64,000 nt of DNA from Eledone cirrhosa (GCA_964016885.1 OZ024742.1:108376001-108440000), one strand, 5' to 3'; counted from the first letter of the stretch, positions 12,936 through 26,350 are shown. Numbers and translations: made by a program. Notes: a model not told the origin generated them from the letters alone.

Positions 12936-15593
12936 ACAAATACCCTCTACAGAAAGCGCTCAGTATTCCACCATGGATGATTAATCACGCGCATGCCTGA
13001 ATGGTGGAGCAGGTGTGTTGGAGGTATTTTTCAGGCATGTCTTCTTACAGTTTCTAGTCATTTTGTCAGAAATGACGAATTGGTTCAAACTAAAACTAGG
13101 TTTGTGTCTTGGCATCTGAAATGACATCAGTCGTTGCGGGACTGTAGCTCCGTCACGAATACAAGCTGCGGAGAGACAAAATTGACCAGGCTGATCATAT
13201 ATGCTCAGCGTCTAGGTATCTGCTTATATTGTAGCCCAAGGTATAAGCCTGTGAATTATCGATGACGTGTTCCTGGGCCCTCCCTACCAGCAGTGTTGGC
13301 AACAAGTAGGGCTTCTTACCAACAGACCACATGCCTTCCCCATGCAGCAGCGGGCTGACATGCAGAGTTAATTGTATGTAAATAGCAACAACAGAGGAGG
13401 TGAATTGAAAGAGACATGAGAACATTGGATATAATATTTTACGATACTTTTTCCTACTCTCTGCGTTCCGAGTTCAAATTCCAATATTATCGACTTTACA
13501 TTTCATTGTTTTAAAGTCGATAAGTAAAGGAGCAGTCCATTAGTGTTGGTTTGTCTCGATGGCGACACTACGACTCAACGAAGATGTACGGCTTCATGGA
13601 AACTGCAATAATATGAACAACGCAACTCATATATACTACTGATAGTTTCCACTAGAAAATTCTATACCTCCTCGTTTATAAATTTATTGTAATTTTTGTT
13701 TTATTTAATGAACAGTTTATCAGACAATAAACCTTTCTTTGAAATACTTCTTAAGTTACTAATTTATACACGCCTTACACCCAATTGTCCTTTTTAAATA
13801 TTTATTTAATGAGGGAATGCCTCTTTTCATCTTTTGTTATATATCTCTATCGATGTACTGCGACACTGCGTACAAAACGATTTTTCTATAAAATTACAAT
13901 TAATATATATCGATCCTGTTTTAAGATAGAATTAGATCATGGATGTATAGCGATTGATTATATCGAATTTTTAGTTTCATAATTTTCAATATACCGTTGT
14001 ATTATCAGATGTCAGACACAGTGTATTGAATATAATGTATATATTAGTATTTTATGATATAGCGGTACATCATATATTTATATTGTTTAAAGTGAGGTAG
14101 TTATCTTCAATGTTACCAGTTCTTACAAAGACACTAGATCGATATGACTGATGCCAATGATTAATTTATAAAGTTCTATGTATATAAGCCGAATAAGGTA
14201 GTGAGAGTGTAAACATGGGATGATCATGAGACCATGGATAAAATTCCTGGACTGAGCGATGGGTTGTATTCTTGATTACTTTATTTCATGTTGCCTCTTG
14301 TACCAGGAGTTGCAAGCGGCAAATATTATTTGCAAGAGAAAGACTAATGGAAACATTGCCATTTTGGTCCGATCTCCTCATCGGTTCCTCTCCTTTCTTC
14401 TGCAAGTATTTGCAAATGACAGATAATATCATCTATGTAAAAACTAATGGAAGCATTGTTTCCCTGGTCCGACCTGGCAATTGGATGCTCTACTATACAC
14501 GCTACTACTACTACTCACAAAAAAAATCAATAAATCAATATTAAATCGAGCAGATCATTGAATTTTAATATACTCTGAATATTAGTTGGGTGTTTAAAGT
14601 TCAAAGTGTAATTTCGTGACTATACAAGCCTGGCGACAAATGTCGTTTTCAGTTGATTTATGTAACTAATTTCTTTCTCATCTTACCTTGATCTTAAAAG
14701 AAAGAAACCCAAATAGTTAGAATATTAAAAGAGACTGTTTTTAGGCAATAAAGAGTTCCGGGCTAACCAGAAATTCAATAAAATTTCAAATACCTGTTGA
14801 AACTGTTTGATTTTTCGTAGGTGAAAAGTACCTTTGAGAAAAGGATGAAGAAAATGATATAAACGTCTCGGTTATAGGATCGTGAGTTTCTTTCCATCTA
14901 AAACTAACGAAGATCAAAGAACCCAATATCTCAAATACTGGCATTTCTCTCTTGAAAGAATAATTTTTCAAATAATTTGGTTCCGGTGAAAATTAGTAGT
15001 GTTCTGTCCAATAAAATATTCCATGATTTATATAGTGCCGCTGCAACAGAATTCTTGTAGTCAATAGAAAAGGTCTAAGGTGATGTATGTAAGGAATAAA
15101 TTGTGTAGATCGTACTTTTGTTCATATTGATTGATTGATAGATTTATTACTTCTGATAATGCTAATTTGAGGTGACATAATGTCTAAGAAGTTAAAACGT
15201 CGGATAGAATGCTTTGCTGTATTCAATTCTGTTCTAAGAGAGATTTATCATAAGCTGAATATAATATTTACTTTGAAAGGTACATTGACATAAGAAGACT
15301 ATACATTATATACAACTATGAATGCATTACTAAATCCAATTTTAGTCATACGACTCGGTCAAGTGTTAAGAGGTCTATGAACTCCTTAACACCTGATGAA
15401 GCCACAGGGGCTCCGTCGTGACATACGGTGTATCTTAGGCAGTTAAACCTGGTGGAGCTTATGCCTATTCATCCATCCACGCTGATCCTGACTTGGACCC
15501 TTAACTCCTGATATAGTTATAGTGGTGCTATGCGGTGTATTCTGAACCTGAATATAGCCGGGTTTTTTGCACAGAGAGAGAGAGAGAGAGTGA

Positions 15594-15668
<75 letters not shown>

Positions 15669-16576
15669 AAAAAACGATATAGAGGAAGAATCGAGTCCAC
15701 TCGAACGGAGGAAATATAAAACTGACCTCGATATGATTTGAACTCAGGGTACGCAGAGAGATACGGTACGAATACTACAAAACATTCTATCCGACGATCT
15801 AACGATTTAGGGATTTTTGTTTCCTCATTGTTTTTGTATATTTTATTTTTAATTCGAATATAAAATCCTCGTGTATATTTATACATAAACTCAAAAACTT
15901 ATACAATTACTTACCCTTGCACAGTATCAAATGTTCGGTATTTAATCAGGAAATTAATTCTTCTGATTTCTGGTGCAATATATCAAAGCAATATCAACCA
16001 TGATTACTAACACAAAAGCTACGTATACTCAAGCGGAGTTCTATCTATAGCTTTTATTCAATATGTCAGTCATAAACGATATAAACATCGTATCCTATTT
16101 CGGTGCCTATGAATCATGTCTGGCGTTTGTTTCTTAATAGATATTCTTCAAATTAATACCATTGTATAATGTGGAATTAAAACAACAATACAACTTACTT
16201 GTTATCTTAATGTGGAGATTTTTCTCTTTATCAACAGAAACTAATGACAACTTTAAAAGGTTACTACTTGACATTTTAGCTATGAAGTAGAATACAGAAA
16301 ATTAATCTCGATTTCTATGTTCATTCTAGTGATTAATGCGGTGACGATGTATCTAATTTTATGCATTCTTTTTTATACAAACTGAGAAACCTCTTAGAAC
16401 ATCCATATCAACTTACAAAGACGCTAAAATTAATTGCAGTATACATAAGATATTTTCTATATTTTCTTTTATACTGATATTACTTTCAGTTTTTACTGTG
16501 AGTGTCAAGGATTATCGCTGATCATGCAACAGCAATTTTCTTTACATGGCAAAGTATATATAGGAAATATATAGTA

Positions 16577-16608
<32 letters not shown>

Positions 16609-17012
16609 CCATATACATACACATATATACATTTTGGTTGCTCGTGCCTCCTCTCTCTCACTTTCTCCTGTCTATGTGAGAGTCAGCGAGATTATACCAG
16701 CTCTGAGTCGTAGCTGACCACCAGGTTAAAGTCTCCCAGGTTGGCCACAACTTACTTTCCCTATTTTTCCACGGTTACTCTTTTGCCTGTTTCTTTCACC
16801 TGTGTCTTCCCACGATGTACACTTTTTTTTCTCCTATTCCTTTCCTATTTTTTCCCCTTTTCCCTTCCCCCCTTTGTTCCTCACTCCTCATCTCCCCCTG
16901 TCCTGTTCTTCCTCCTTTACCTCTCTTCCCTTTTCTCTCTCCTTTTTTCTCCCCTTTTTTCTCTCTTTCTCTCTCCTTTTCCACCTGGCCTTTTGATTAA
17001 TAAAAGGCCTCG

Positions 17013-17088
17013 GGCGCACCGGAACTATATCGATGTCCTGTAATTCAGCGCCGAAACATCGGATCGGGAAACATTTACAGCTGACGAT
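17013..17088 (+). ncRNA. Non-circularly-permuted hammerhead, second family
   Basis: ggcgc..cgatgT-C|ctgtaa..gcgcc-GAAA-catcg..ttacag-CTGACGA. Stems III and I are perfect, and the cleavage triplet is GUC. Confidence 0.7.
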
Positions 17089-17228
17089 GGAAACTCCTTT
17101 CCTCCTTTCTTCCTTTCTTCCTTTCTCCTCTTGTTCCGTTCTAACCACCATCCTAAACGTTGTTTTTAGTAACCACACAGCTCCTTTCGTTTCATATCAT
17201 TTTATATTATATATATATATAAATATAC

Positions 17229-17289
<61 letters not shown>

Positions 17290-17689
17290 GAATAAGTAAG
17301 GAAAATATGTTCATTCAAAAATATTCCTACTAAAGGAATCATTTTCCTACACACACACACACAATATATATATATATATATATTCTCTTCATCTTAACAT
17401 GCCAACCATACTCCCATACACATAACACCCATACATACACATAACAACCCCCACACCCACAACTCCCTCCCCCATTTCTACTAATAGAACCACTTTCCTA
17501 CACACATATATACACACACACAAAATATATATTCTCTCCATCTTAACATACTCGCACACACACACATAACACCCATATACACACACACACAACTCCATCC
17601 CCCATTTCTACTAATAGAATCATCTTCCAATACAAACATACACACACACACACACACACACAAGCACACAAATAAACATACATATCTTT

Positions 17690-18302
17690 ACTTCAATAGA
17701 AAATCTGAACTCTGACACCCTAGCGAACTAACCATATTCACTGAACCAGAACAATTCTCCCAATCCCATTTCTCTTGACCACTATCTTTCCCTTGTCATA
17801 ACATTCTCTATAAAGGCTACAGAATAGATTTCCAAATAAGGGTGCGAAAATGGGATGAAAACTTGTTCACGTGACAGCCATAATTTCATTTATAACCAAT
17901 CAAATCACGTTTATTAAAAAAAAAGCCTTCGTGAGCCACCTTTTTTTTAAGTAAAGAAATTCAAACACACACACACACAACACACACACACACACACACA
18001 CACACAAGCACACAAATAAACATACATATCTTTATTTTCTTTATTCAATAGAAAATCTGAATTCTGACACCCCAGCGAACTAACCATATTCACTGAACCA
18101 GAACAATTCTCCTATCCCTTTCTCTTGACCATTATCTTTCACTTATCATAAAATTCTCTAAAAAGGCTACAGAATGGATTTCCAAATAAGGGCATGAACA
18201 TTTAATGAAAACTTGTTCACGTGACAGCCATAATTTCATTTATAACCAACCAAAAAAAATCCTTCGTGAGCCCCTTTTTTCAAGTAAAAAGAAATTCAAA
18301 CA
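17690..18302. repeat. Diverged direct repeat of about 300 bp (17690-17965 vs 18045-18302)
   Basis: Shared ttcaatagaaaatctgaa...cacgtgacagccataatttc...gaaattcaaacac. Confidence 0.8.
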
Positions 18303-19609
18303 CTCATATATGAAAAAACAACCTGTGACAACCCCCCCCCCTCTTATTTGAAGAACTATTGTAACGCGACCTGGCGCGAAATTTATTATAATTATTGACA
18401 AACCAATCAAATTACTTCTCTAAAAACCTGGCATTTCGAGCCACTTTTTTCCATATAAAACAAGTAACATTCAGAGACCAACCAGATGTGAGAAAAACCA
18501 CAGACCCTCCATCTCAACTCACCTTTTGAAAAGCAGAAGAACTGCGAAACCGGTAAAGGAACCAAATAAATATATATATTTAAAAAAAAAAATAAGACTC
18601 CAGTTGCATTTTCGATTTAATATTTTTTTCTTTATACTTTCACTCGTGTAGGACACCTCGGTTATTTTTCAATTTGTAAAAAAAACCTCACTTTCTAATA
18701 TATATATATAGAGAGAGAGAGACATATATGTGTATTAAACAATGCTGTCTTTCTGTGCAGTCCCTTCCTACATATTCTCAGCCTTATTTACACATCTCTT
18801 TGTCTACACGCTGGACTTGTAGTCGATATTTCTTCCCGATTTTTCATTTATTTCCTTCCTATACATTTTTTCTTCTTTGGCTAAACTTTTATACATCGTT
18901 TACATTCGTTTCCCCTTCCTTTTCAGTTGATGCACTTTGATTTGTAGCAATTCTTTTCCTTTCGTTTTTCTTTTTTCATCTTTACTTGTGAAATTTACCG
19001 AAAGTTATAATTTGTGCTGCCTTCAAGCAGTTTTGTTGCGTGCCAATGAGCACTTGAATGAACAGTATAGACCTTAATGTATTGGAACTATAGTGATTTC
19101 CAGAGGTTGAATGAGGAGATGGGACTTTCCGTTCTTCCATTATTTTTTCCGTAGTCTTTGTTTTGAGCAGACCCTGTATTGTAATTCATATTCAAAATCC
19201 TTAGCCATTTGTTTAAGCTCTCATATTATTACGCTTTACAACTAGTCTTTACCTGTTCTCCCTTCTTATTTTTGCGCCTCGTTGTCATTTCTCTTTCTCT
19301 ACACGCAGGACGGATAGTCGATATTAATTACTATTTTTCTATATCTTTCCTTTCTTTGTATATATTTTCTCCTTTCGCTCTTCTTTCATTTCCCCTTTCC
19401 TTTTCAGTTGACGTACTTTGGGTTGTAGCATTTTTCTTTTTTTCTTCTTGCGTCTTCATTAGTGTAATCCACCGAAAGGTATAACTTGTCCTGTCTTTCT
19501 TTCTACCTGTTTTGTTGCTTCCCAATGTGCACTGGAATGAACAGTATCAATGTTAATGCATCAAAACTGTAGCGATTTTCAGAGGTTGACAGTATACACA
19601 CACACGCGC

Positions 19610-19682
<73 letters not shown>

Positions 19683-19698
19683 CGCACACGCACACACA

Positions 19699-19736
<38 letters not shown>

Positions 19737-20099
19737 TATATATATATGTATATATATACGATATTAAATAAATGGAAACTATATTTATAAAACCATATTT
19801 ATTTCATTATATATATTTCAGGGATATCATATTAACAATATGCTATGCCTTCCTCAGACAAAATACAATATAAACAGTTTTATAGATAAATAGATTTGAC
19901 ATACCGTACAACATCGACTTGATTTGAAAAGTTGAATTGGCAGTGAAAAAATTGTAAACAGTTGTAACCCAACAATTTAAATATAACTTTCCATATATGT
20001 ATATATATATATATATAACGACGATAGGGATGCAAAATTACAAAGTCTTATTAGGTTCACTTCTCAAAATTCTAAATATATCTCCTTATAATATATAAC

Positions 20100-20520
20100 C
20101 AGCAATTTCTCTGTCTGTCTGTCCCACAGTGGAAACACGTGCGCGCGTGGTTGCTATCTCACTCTCTCTCCAGCTATCCCTCTCTTTTAGTCTGTCTGTT
20201 TCTCTCACTCTCACTCTTTCTCTTTGTAACACACTAACATTCCTCCCCTCTATCGCTGTGACGAATGGGGAGATGGAGGAGGAGGAGGAGGAGGAGGAGA
20301 GAGTCACTTCGTCACTTCACCTCTGCCTTTCTTTCTCTCCCCTCTCACTCCCTGTCGTCGACCACTGATTCCAACAACCAGCGTTCTAGCCCAGCACGTG
20401 ACACCTGCGTTCCCAGCCATGGCACGCGCGGCCTTGGAGTAGTTACCATGGAGATCTAGCTAGACACAGCCGAGTTCTTTGAATTTACAGACGACAACTT
20501 TAAGACTGGCTTTTGTGTTT
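20100..20520. promoter_or_regulatory. CpG-rich patch with RFX X-box-like and E-box motifs (candidate promoter/enhancer)
   Basis: GTTACCATGGAGAT at 20442-20455, CACGTG at about 20136 and 20395, and local CpG enrichment in an AT-rich background. Confidence 0.3.
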
Positions 20521-22710
20521 TAACCAACTCACTGGGGCTGAGCATATAATGTATATATATATATGTGTGTGTATGTGTGTGTGTGTGTTATATGTGTGTG
20601 TATGCGTGTGTGTGTGTGTATTATATGTGTGTGTGTTATATGTGTGTGTATGTGTGTGTGTGTGTGTGTGTGCGTATGTGTGTTATATATGTGTGTGTGT
20701 GTTATATGTGTGTGTGTATGTGTGTGCGTGTGTGTGTTTTATATATGGGTGTGTGTTATATGTGTGTGTGTGTGTAAATATAATATATATATATATATAA
20801 TATATGTATATATATATATATATTATATATATATATTATATATGTATATTATGTGTGTCTCTCTATATATATACATATATATAGGTTTAAGTGTGTATGT
20901 GCGTGTGTATGTGTGTGTTAGCGTGTGTGCATATGTGCGTATGTATGAGTGTGTGTATGGTATGTGTGTGTTAGCGTATGTGTCTGTATGCGTGTGTGTC
21001 TGTCTGTGTGTGTGTCTTTGTGTATCTGTGTAAGTGTTTGTGTGTGTGTGTGTGTGTGTACAGGAATTCATAAGTTTCCTAAAATATGTCTGTATGCTTA
21101 ATTTTTCTTAAAAATTATAAACTGGTTCTTCCCTGTCAGAGATAATAATCTCATTTGAGAATAATGCATCTCAAATGAACATGGGTGTATATATATGTAT
21201 GTGTGTGTGTGTCTGTGTTTGTGTTTGTGTGTTTGTGTGTGTGTTAAATATATATCGACTAGCAGAAAAGCACCCACCGGGTGGTTTTCTGCTAGTCTAT
21301 ATATATAAAACAGAAGATGTCTGTCTGTCTGTCTGTGTAACCGCATGCATTTCTACATGTTACAACCGATTTGCACCAAATTTCATACATAGGTTTCTGA
21401 AGTCCTATTACGCGTCATAGGCTATTTTATTTTTCCAAACATCGAATGTGCCCCCCCCCCCCCCTCCTCATGGGCAGATAACTCCCTTAAGCCTCTCGCT
21501 TGGAGTCAGCAGTACTACTGCATAAAGGCCCCATAATTCCTGCAGTTTGCCTGCCATCTTCACCAAAATTAATCTTTTGTTTGCTTATGGCCTACAAATA
21601 AATTTGCAGGAATGCACTTGCGCAGAAATTTAGGTAGGCGACCCTTTGGGGCAGTAAACCGACTTGATGAATGCTGAAGTTCATATCATCAATGCAACAA
21701 AACGTTATAACTGCTTGAGTTAGTGTTTGGTTTTCACGAAGCGAGACGTATTGGTTACCCATAACTTATAAAGGAAGGTAAACACATGAACTTTTACTTG
21801 AACTTATCAAGGGGTCCCCTGGGGGCGGGGTAGTAAGCCCCTTCGACTTATCTATTGAAGTTCACATTAACACTGTATTAGTACTGATAACTTTTGAAGT
21901 TTACGTTCAATTTTAACTTTACCGGACACATTGGTTACCCATTGCCTAAAGATGATGTTGAAGACACTGTCTATACCCGGAACAAGCAAGGGGACCCCCA
22001 GGGGCAGTAAGCCCCGGCGAGTATTTATTGAATTTGACTAGTGTAATGCAGTAAAGCGTCATAGCTTCGATAATTGGTAGTCCAATAAAACGAATTTCGA
22101 CTTAGTTGTTATTCATGTACTACAGATGAAGATACAATGAGGCACACTTACTTTCATTTCAATTCAGCAAGAGGACCTCTCACTCCTATTTATATCGGTC
22201 AAGTCCGACCTAGGATCACACTTCTTTTTTGGCTTTTGACAAGTGGTAGGTTTTTGACATGCATACTCTTATAAGCTACCACATGTTACTGAAACGCATG
22301 CTTCTTCATCATTTGTCACCTTAAAGGAGGTTTAGTTAATGTGCTTATGGTCATAAGGTTCCAGTTTATCATGCTGTGATTTTTCAGCCATTTTTGCCTG
22401 TATCCTTTCAATGGTTAGTACTTACTTATTGCTATGTTCGAACTGAACAAACATACTGACACTTATATACCTACCACTGTAGCTACACTATTTAATTTAA
22501 TTTCCTTTATCACAGGTAGTCCGTACGCTGCGTTACCCCTAACTTAAAACCTGAAATTTGACTGGTACACAAAATCTTGCAAAACACCCACTTTCTCAGA
22601 CCACATAGATTTGTCACATTTTTTCACAATTTATATCTGTGTTTAGATTTGCTTACTTAAACGTTATTTGTCCACTATTTATCGTTCTCCCTGGTTAATA
22701 TTCTAAAAAC

Positions 22711-23282
22711 AATGCCCCCCCCCCCCCTTCCCCTCAAGAAAAGTACTTTCATTGGTTGATTATCTAATGATGCAAGTAGGTCTAAGCGAAGGCGTCTCAC
22801 TGAAAATGTAAATGCGACTGCGATCAGGCTCTCACAGAATGCTGTGCAGACGGCAGCTGCAAAAGCGGAAGAGGATGACAGTCGGTGTGAACTTCGACGG
22901 AACAAAGATGCTGCCGCGACTGCTGCTCGCGTTCGAGAGGATGAAGGATGACGCGCCGTTCGACAAAGCAGGGACGCCACTGCAACAGCCGCTGCTCACG
23001 CGCGAGAGGATGAAGGATGACGCGCCGTTCGACAAAGCAGGGACGCCACTGCAATAGCTGCTGCTCGCGCTCAAGAGGATGAAGGACAACGCGCCGTTCG
23101 ACGAAGCAGGGACGCCGCTGCCACTACTGCTGCATGAAATACTGAAACCATAGAGCAACGACGTGGCCGACTTCTGCAAAGTGAACAGCGGCGATCATCG
23201 TTACGTGGCATTTCTCTGGACTTGCAATTCACGATAATTTCTGAAGGACTTTAACTACGACCCCTCCTCTGACTACGCTGTG
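22711..23282 (+). pseudogene. Helitron RepHel N-terminal fragment with about 66-bp coding tandem repeats
   Basis: Repeated gctgctcgcg..gaggatgaaggatgacgcgccgttcgacaaagcagggacgccactgc, ending in FNYDPSSDYA. Confidence 0.6.
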
Positions 23283-23289
23283 CTTGCCT

Positions 23290-23809
23290 GGAAACCTGCA
23301 CGTCTACAAGTCCTTTGACTCTATGGCTGATCCGGACGAAGTTGTTAATTACCCCACAGAATTTCTTAACTCTCTGGACTCTCCTAGATTGCCACTACAC
23401 TTACTGCGACTCAAGAAAGAAGCTCCTGTCATGCTCCTCAGGAATTTGGAACCCCGGCACGCGTCTGGTCCTCCAAAAGGCGATGCTTCATGTTATTTAG
23501 GCAACAATACTTACAGGATGTGGTAAGGGGGATACTGTCTTCATACCAAGGATACCTCTCATTCCATCCGGTAAAGACATTCCTTTCACATTCAGAAGGC
23601 TGCAATTCCCTCTTCCGCTCAGTTTCGCCATGTCGATTAACAAATCACAGGGTCAGACGCTGACGGTCGGAGGGCTTAATTTAGAAGAACCGTGCTTCTC
23701 CCATGGTCAACTATATGTTGGCTGCTCTCGAGTGGGGAGCCGACATAACCTATTTGCTTTTGCAACTCGCGAAAAAAACCAAAATATAGTCTATAAGGAA
23801 GTTTTGTAG
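23290..23809 (+). pseudogene. Helitron PIF1-like helicase C-terminal fragment
   Basis: YPTEFLNSL, VMLLRNL, FIPRIPLIPS, RRLQFP, FAMSINKSQGQT, FSHGQLYVGCSRV and NIVYKEVL*. Confidence 0.9.
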
Positions 23810-24726
23810 GCACCCCTTCCGCCAACAAGTAATCACTGTTGTTTTTTTTTTGTATAAGTGCTTACATTTGCTGTATCCGTGTGCTATTTTTGTCCTTTTG
23901 GCAATACCACGTACGCCTCTGAGGTTACTTTTGCTATACGTTATAAATGTTCAATGTCTCCGTTTTCCACATTTATATGTTGCTATTACACTTTGCTATC
24001 GATGTTCCGTAGCTTTAACCTAATTAATCTACTTTTCCCTACATCTTATTTACACATTTTTTTTTTACATTCCAGCGTGATCTTGCCAAGGCGGTTAAAT
24101 GCTTTTCTAGGATACAATCTCAAATAACAAGCAAAGCAAATACGGCACACCAAAGTGGTGTGAAGGATTTCTTAAGGGCCACCACCTCTAATCGGAGTCG
24201 TCTTTGCTGACAGCACTGCCGCTGGGACTTTTAAGAGTCAACGATCCAAGGTCCTCTTCATGGCCACCTAGTTTAAATTGTTACCATCGGATTCATATTT
24301 GCTGGCAGCACCGCCGCTGAGATATTTCAAAGTGAACGTTAACGGGTGCTCTTCAGGGCCACTAATATAAATTGTTATCACTGGATTCGTTTTTGCTGGC
24401 AGCATCGCCGCTGAGAATTTTAAGATTGAACGATCAAGGCTCTCTTTAGGGTCACCAACTTTAAATTGTTACCATCGGATTCGTCTTTGCTGGCAGCACC
24501 ACCGCAGAGATATTTCAAAGTGAACGTTCAAAGGCCCTCTTTAGGGCCAACACCTATAAATTGTTACTTCTATAGTCGTGTTTAACGGAAGTCTTTCGGT
24601 TCATTTGAACGACTACTCCTCTCAGAGTTATACCGGGCAACGCCGGGTACCTCCATTAGTATAATATATAGTATTAATATATAAGGGAACAAAGAATCAG
24701 TGTTGTATCATATACATATTTAATTA

Positions 24727-24814
24727 CATATTATATGTTTCACTATCGATCAGCTCGAGGAACGATCTATCAATGATCGAACCTAATTCTGGAATCGGAA
24801 GCTCCTCAGATATG
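24727..24814 (-). ncRNA. Type I hammerhead-like motif with long stem II
   Basis: Reverse complement: catat-CTGAGGA-gct..agt-GAAA-catata-atatg. Same family as 44038-44121 and 45265-45333. Confidence 0.55.
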
Positions 24815-25151
24815 TTTTAACATGTAGACTCGCGTCTAAAAGTGGTTGAATATTATCCCGATTCCTTCTTATATGCTACTACTAATTCTGTCATAGTGGT
24901 ATTTCACCGTACTCACTTGTTCGTTTGTTTTCGGTCACATCACAGCGGGTGGTGTTTCTTATAATTTAGGGGCTATTACCGCCATCTCGGTCAAGTTGTC
25001 GCACGTTGGCATGCGTGTCGACCCGTCTGCCTGACGTCCGCTGGCACATTGTTTGAAGTAAGCATTAAGGAGATAAGGCAATACAAGAATGCAGGGGTGA
25101 TAAAATGTAAAGGGTAAAGGAATTAGAATACAAAATAAAAACCACTCACAC

Positions 25152-25204
<53 letters not shown>

Positions 25205-25254
25205 AATAATGGAGCTGCGGCGCTGCAAATGGGTTACATATGAAAAAGTTTGTC

Positions 25255-25325
25255 CTCATCAGTGGCTTTCCAACCGTCGTAGGCATTTCGTCGCATTAAA
25301 GGCCATATACCTCAGGTTGGTGCGA
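25255..25325 (-). ncRNA. Non-circularly-permuted hammerhead, family 1
   Basis: Reverse complement: tcgca-ccaacc-tg-aggtaT-A|tggcctt-taa-tgcga-c-GAAA-tgcct-acgac-ggttgg-aaagcca-CTGATGA-g. Confidence 0.7.
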
Positions 25326-25513
25326 GCAACGGCTAAAAAAAGTCGTTGGGACACGTAAATAAAGGGGACGCTAGGGTAAACAGACAAAATGGTTTAAGCA
25401 GCAGAAAGTGATGTTGTTTCTTCTTCATCACTTTCTGCTGCTTAAACCATTTTGTCTGTTTACCCTAGCGTCCCCTTTATTTACGTGTCCCAACGACTTT
25501 TTTTAGCCGTTGC

Positions 25514-25584
25514 TCGCACCAACCTGAGGTATATGGCCTTTGATGCGACGAAATGCCTACGACTGTTGGAAGGCCACTGATGAG
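25514..25584 (+). ncRNA. Non-circularly-permuted hammerhead, family 1
   Basis: Same layout. Stem I tggcctt/aaggcca, core CTGATGA at 25577-25583, predicted cut after 25533. Confidence 0.7.
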
Positions 25585-25593
25585 GACAAACCT

Positions 25594-25624
<31 letters not shown>

Positions 25625-25626
<2 letters not shown>

Positions 25627-26311
25627 CGGAAAAAATGAAACGAAATTTCATTTCTCTCTCTTAGTACGGCTGTTACTTAAATATAAGTATGTATACGTAC
25701 ATACATTTATGTATACAGACGTACAGTAGCTTGTATATACATATGTTCGGTGAATGTTCGGTGAATCCATATATATATGTTCGGTGAATCCATACGTACA
25801 TATATATATGTGTGCATGTATGTATATATATATACATACTCCTGTACGTCTGTATACATATATGTATGTACGTATACATACTTATATTTAAGTAACAGCC
25901 GTACTAAGAGTGAGAAATGAAATTTCGTTTCATTTTTTGCGTTTATCGTTTTCGGTACCCCGGCCAATTAACTCTCTCGATATGCAAATTTGGCTGCTCA
26001 GCCGTTAATATGCATAAGGAAAATAAATACTTTCAGACGTTCAATCATCTGGCAGGAAAGTATACGTTGCTGACGATAGCCAATAAGCTTGAAACTAGTA
26101 CAGCGTTCCTTTGTCAGGGTTGAACAAATGAGCAACGACGGTTGCTAGACACTGTACGGCTTAATTCGGGATGTTTGTTTACAAACACACCGAGCATTAT
26201 AATAAATGTTCGGTGAATCCATACGTACATATATATATGTGTGCATGTATGTATATATATATATACATACTACTGTACGTATGTATACATATATGTATGT
26301 ACGTATACATA

Positions 26312-26330
<19 letters not shown>
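25625..26330. mobile_element. (TA)n-associated rearranged repeat family with a canonical hammerhead; also at 27630-28270 and 40600-42490
   Basis: Recurrent blocks gaaacgaaatttcatttctc..ttagtacggctgttacttaaat and gttcggtgaatccatacg, present in both orientations. Confidence 0.7.
26064..26106 (+). ncRNA. Minimal type I hammerhead
   Basis: acgttg-CTGACGA-t-agc(caataa)gct-t-GAAA-ctagt-A|cagcgt, with palindromic stem III ACTAGT. Confidence 0.75.

Positions 26331-26350
<20 letters not shown>

Larger units (their letters stand above)
21296..24659 (+). mobile_element. Internally deleted Helitron
   Basis: 5' TCTATATATATAAAA and 3' hairpin CCGGGCAACGCCGGG followed by ..TTAG|T. Contains RepHel fragments and subterminal tandem repeats (about 118 bp, 24180-24570). 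Confidence 0.85.
25238..25601. repeat. Fold-back inverted repeat (176-bp arms, 12-bp spacer) carrying two permuted hammerheads
   Basis: 25238-25413 is the near-perfect reverse complement of 25426-25601. Spacer is ttgtttcttctt. Confidence 0.95.

Noticed and set aside
15386-15432. acac-CTGATGA...GACA..gtgt hammerhead-like motif
   Set aside because: GAAA is absent and stems II and III are unconvincing. At best this is a decayed copy.
22900-24570. CRISPR-like repeat arrays
   Set aside because: These are tandem repeats without unique spacers, inside a Helitron in eukaryotic DNA.
25514-25584. Twister, pistol or HDV-like interpretation of the family 1 pseudoknot
   Set aside because: Helix order and conserved nucleotides do not fit those classes, whereas CTGANGA, GAAA and UH each sit next to the correct hammerhead helix.
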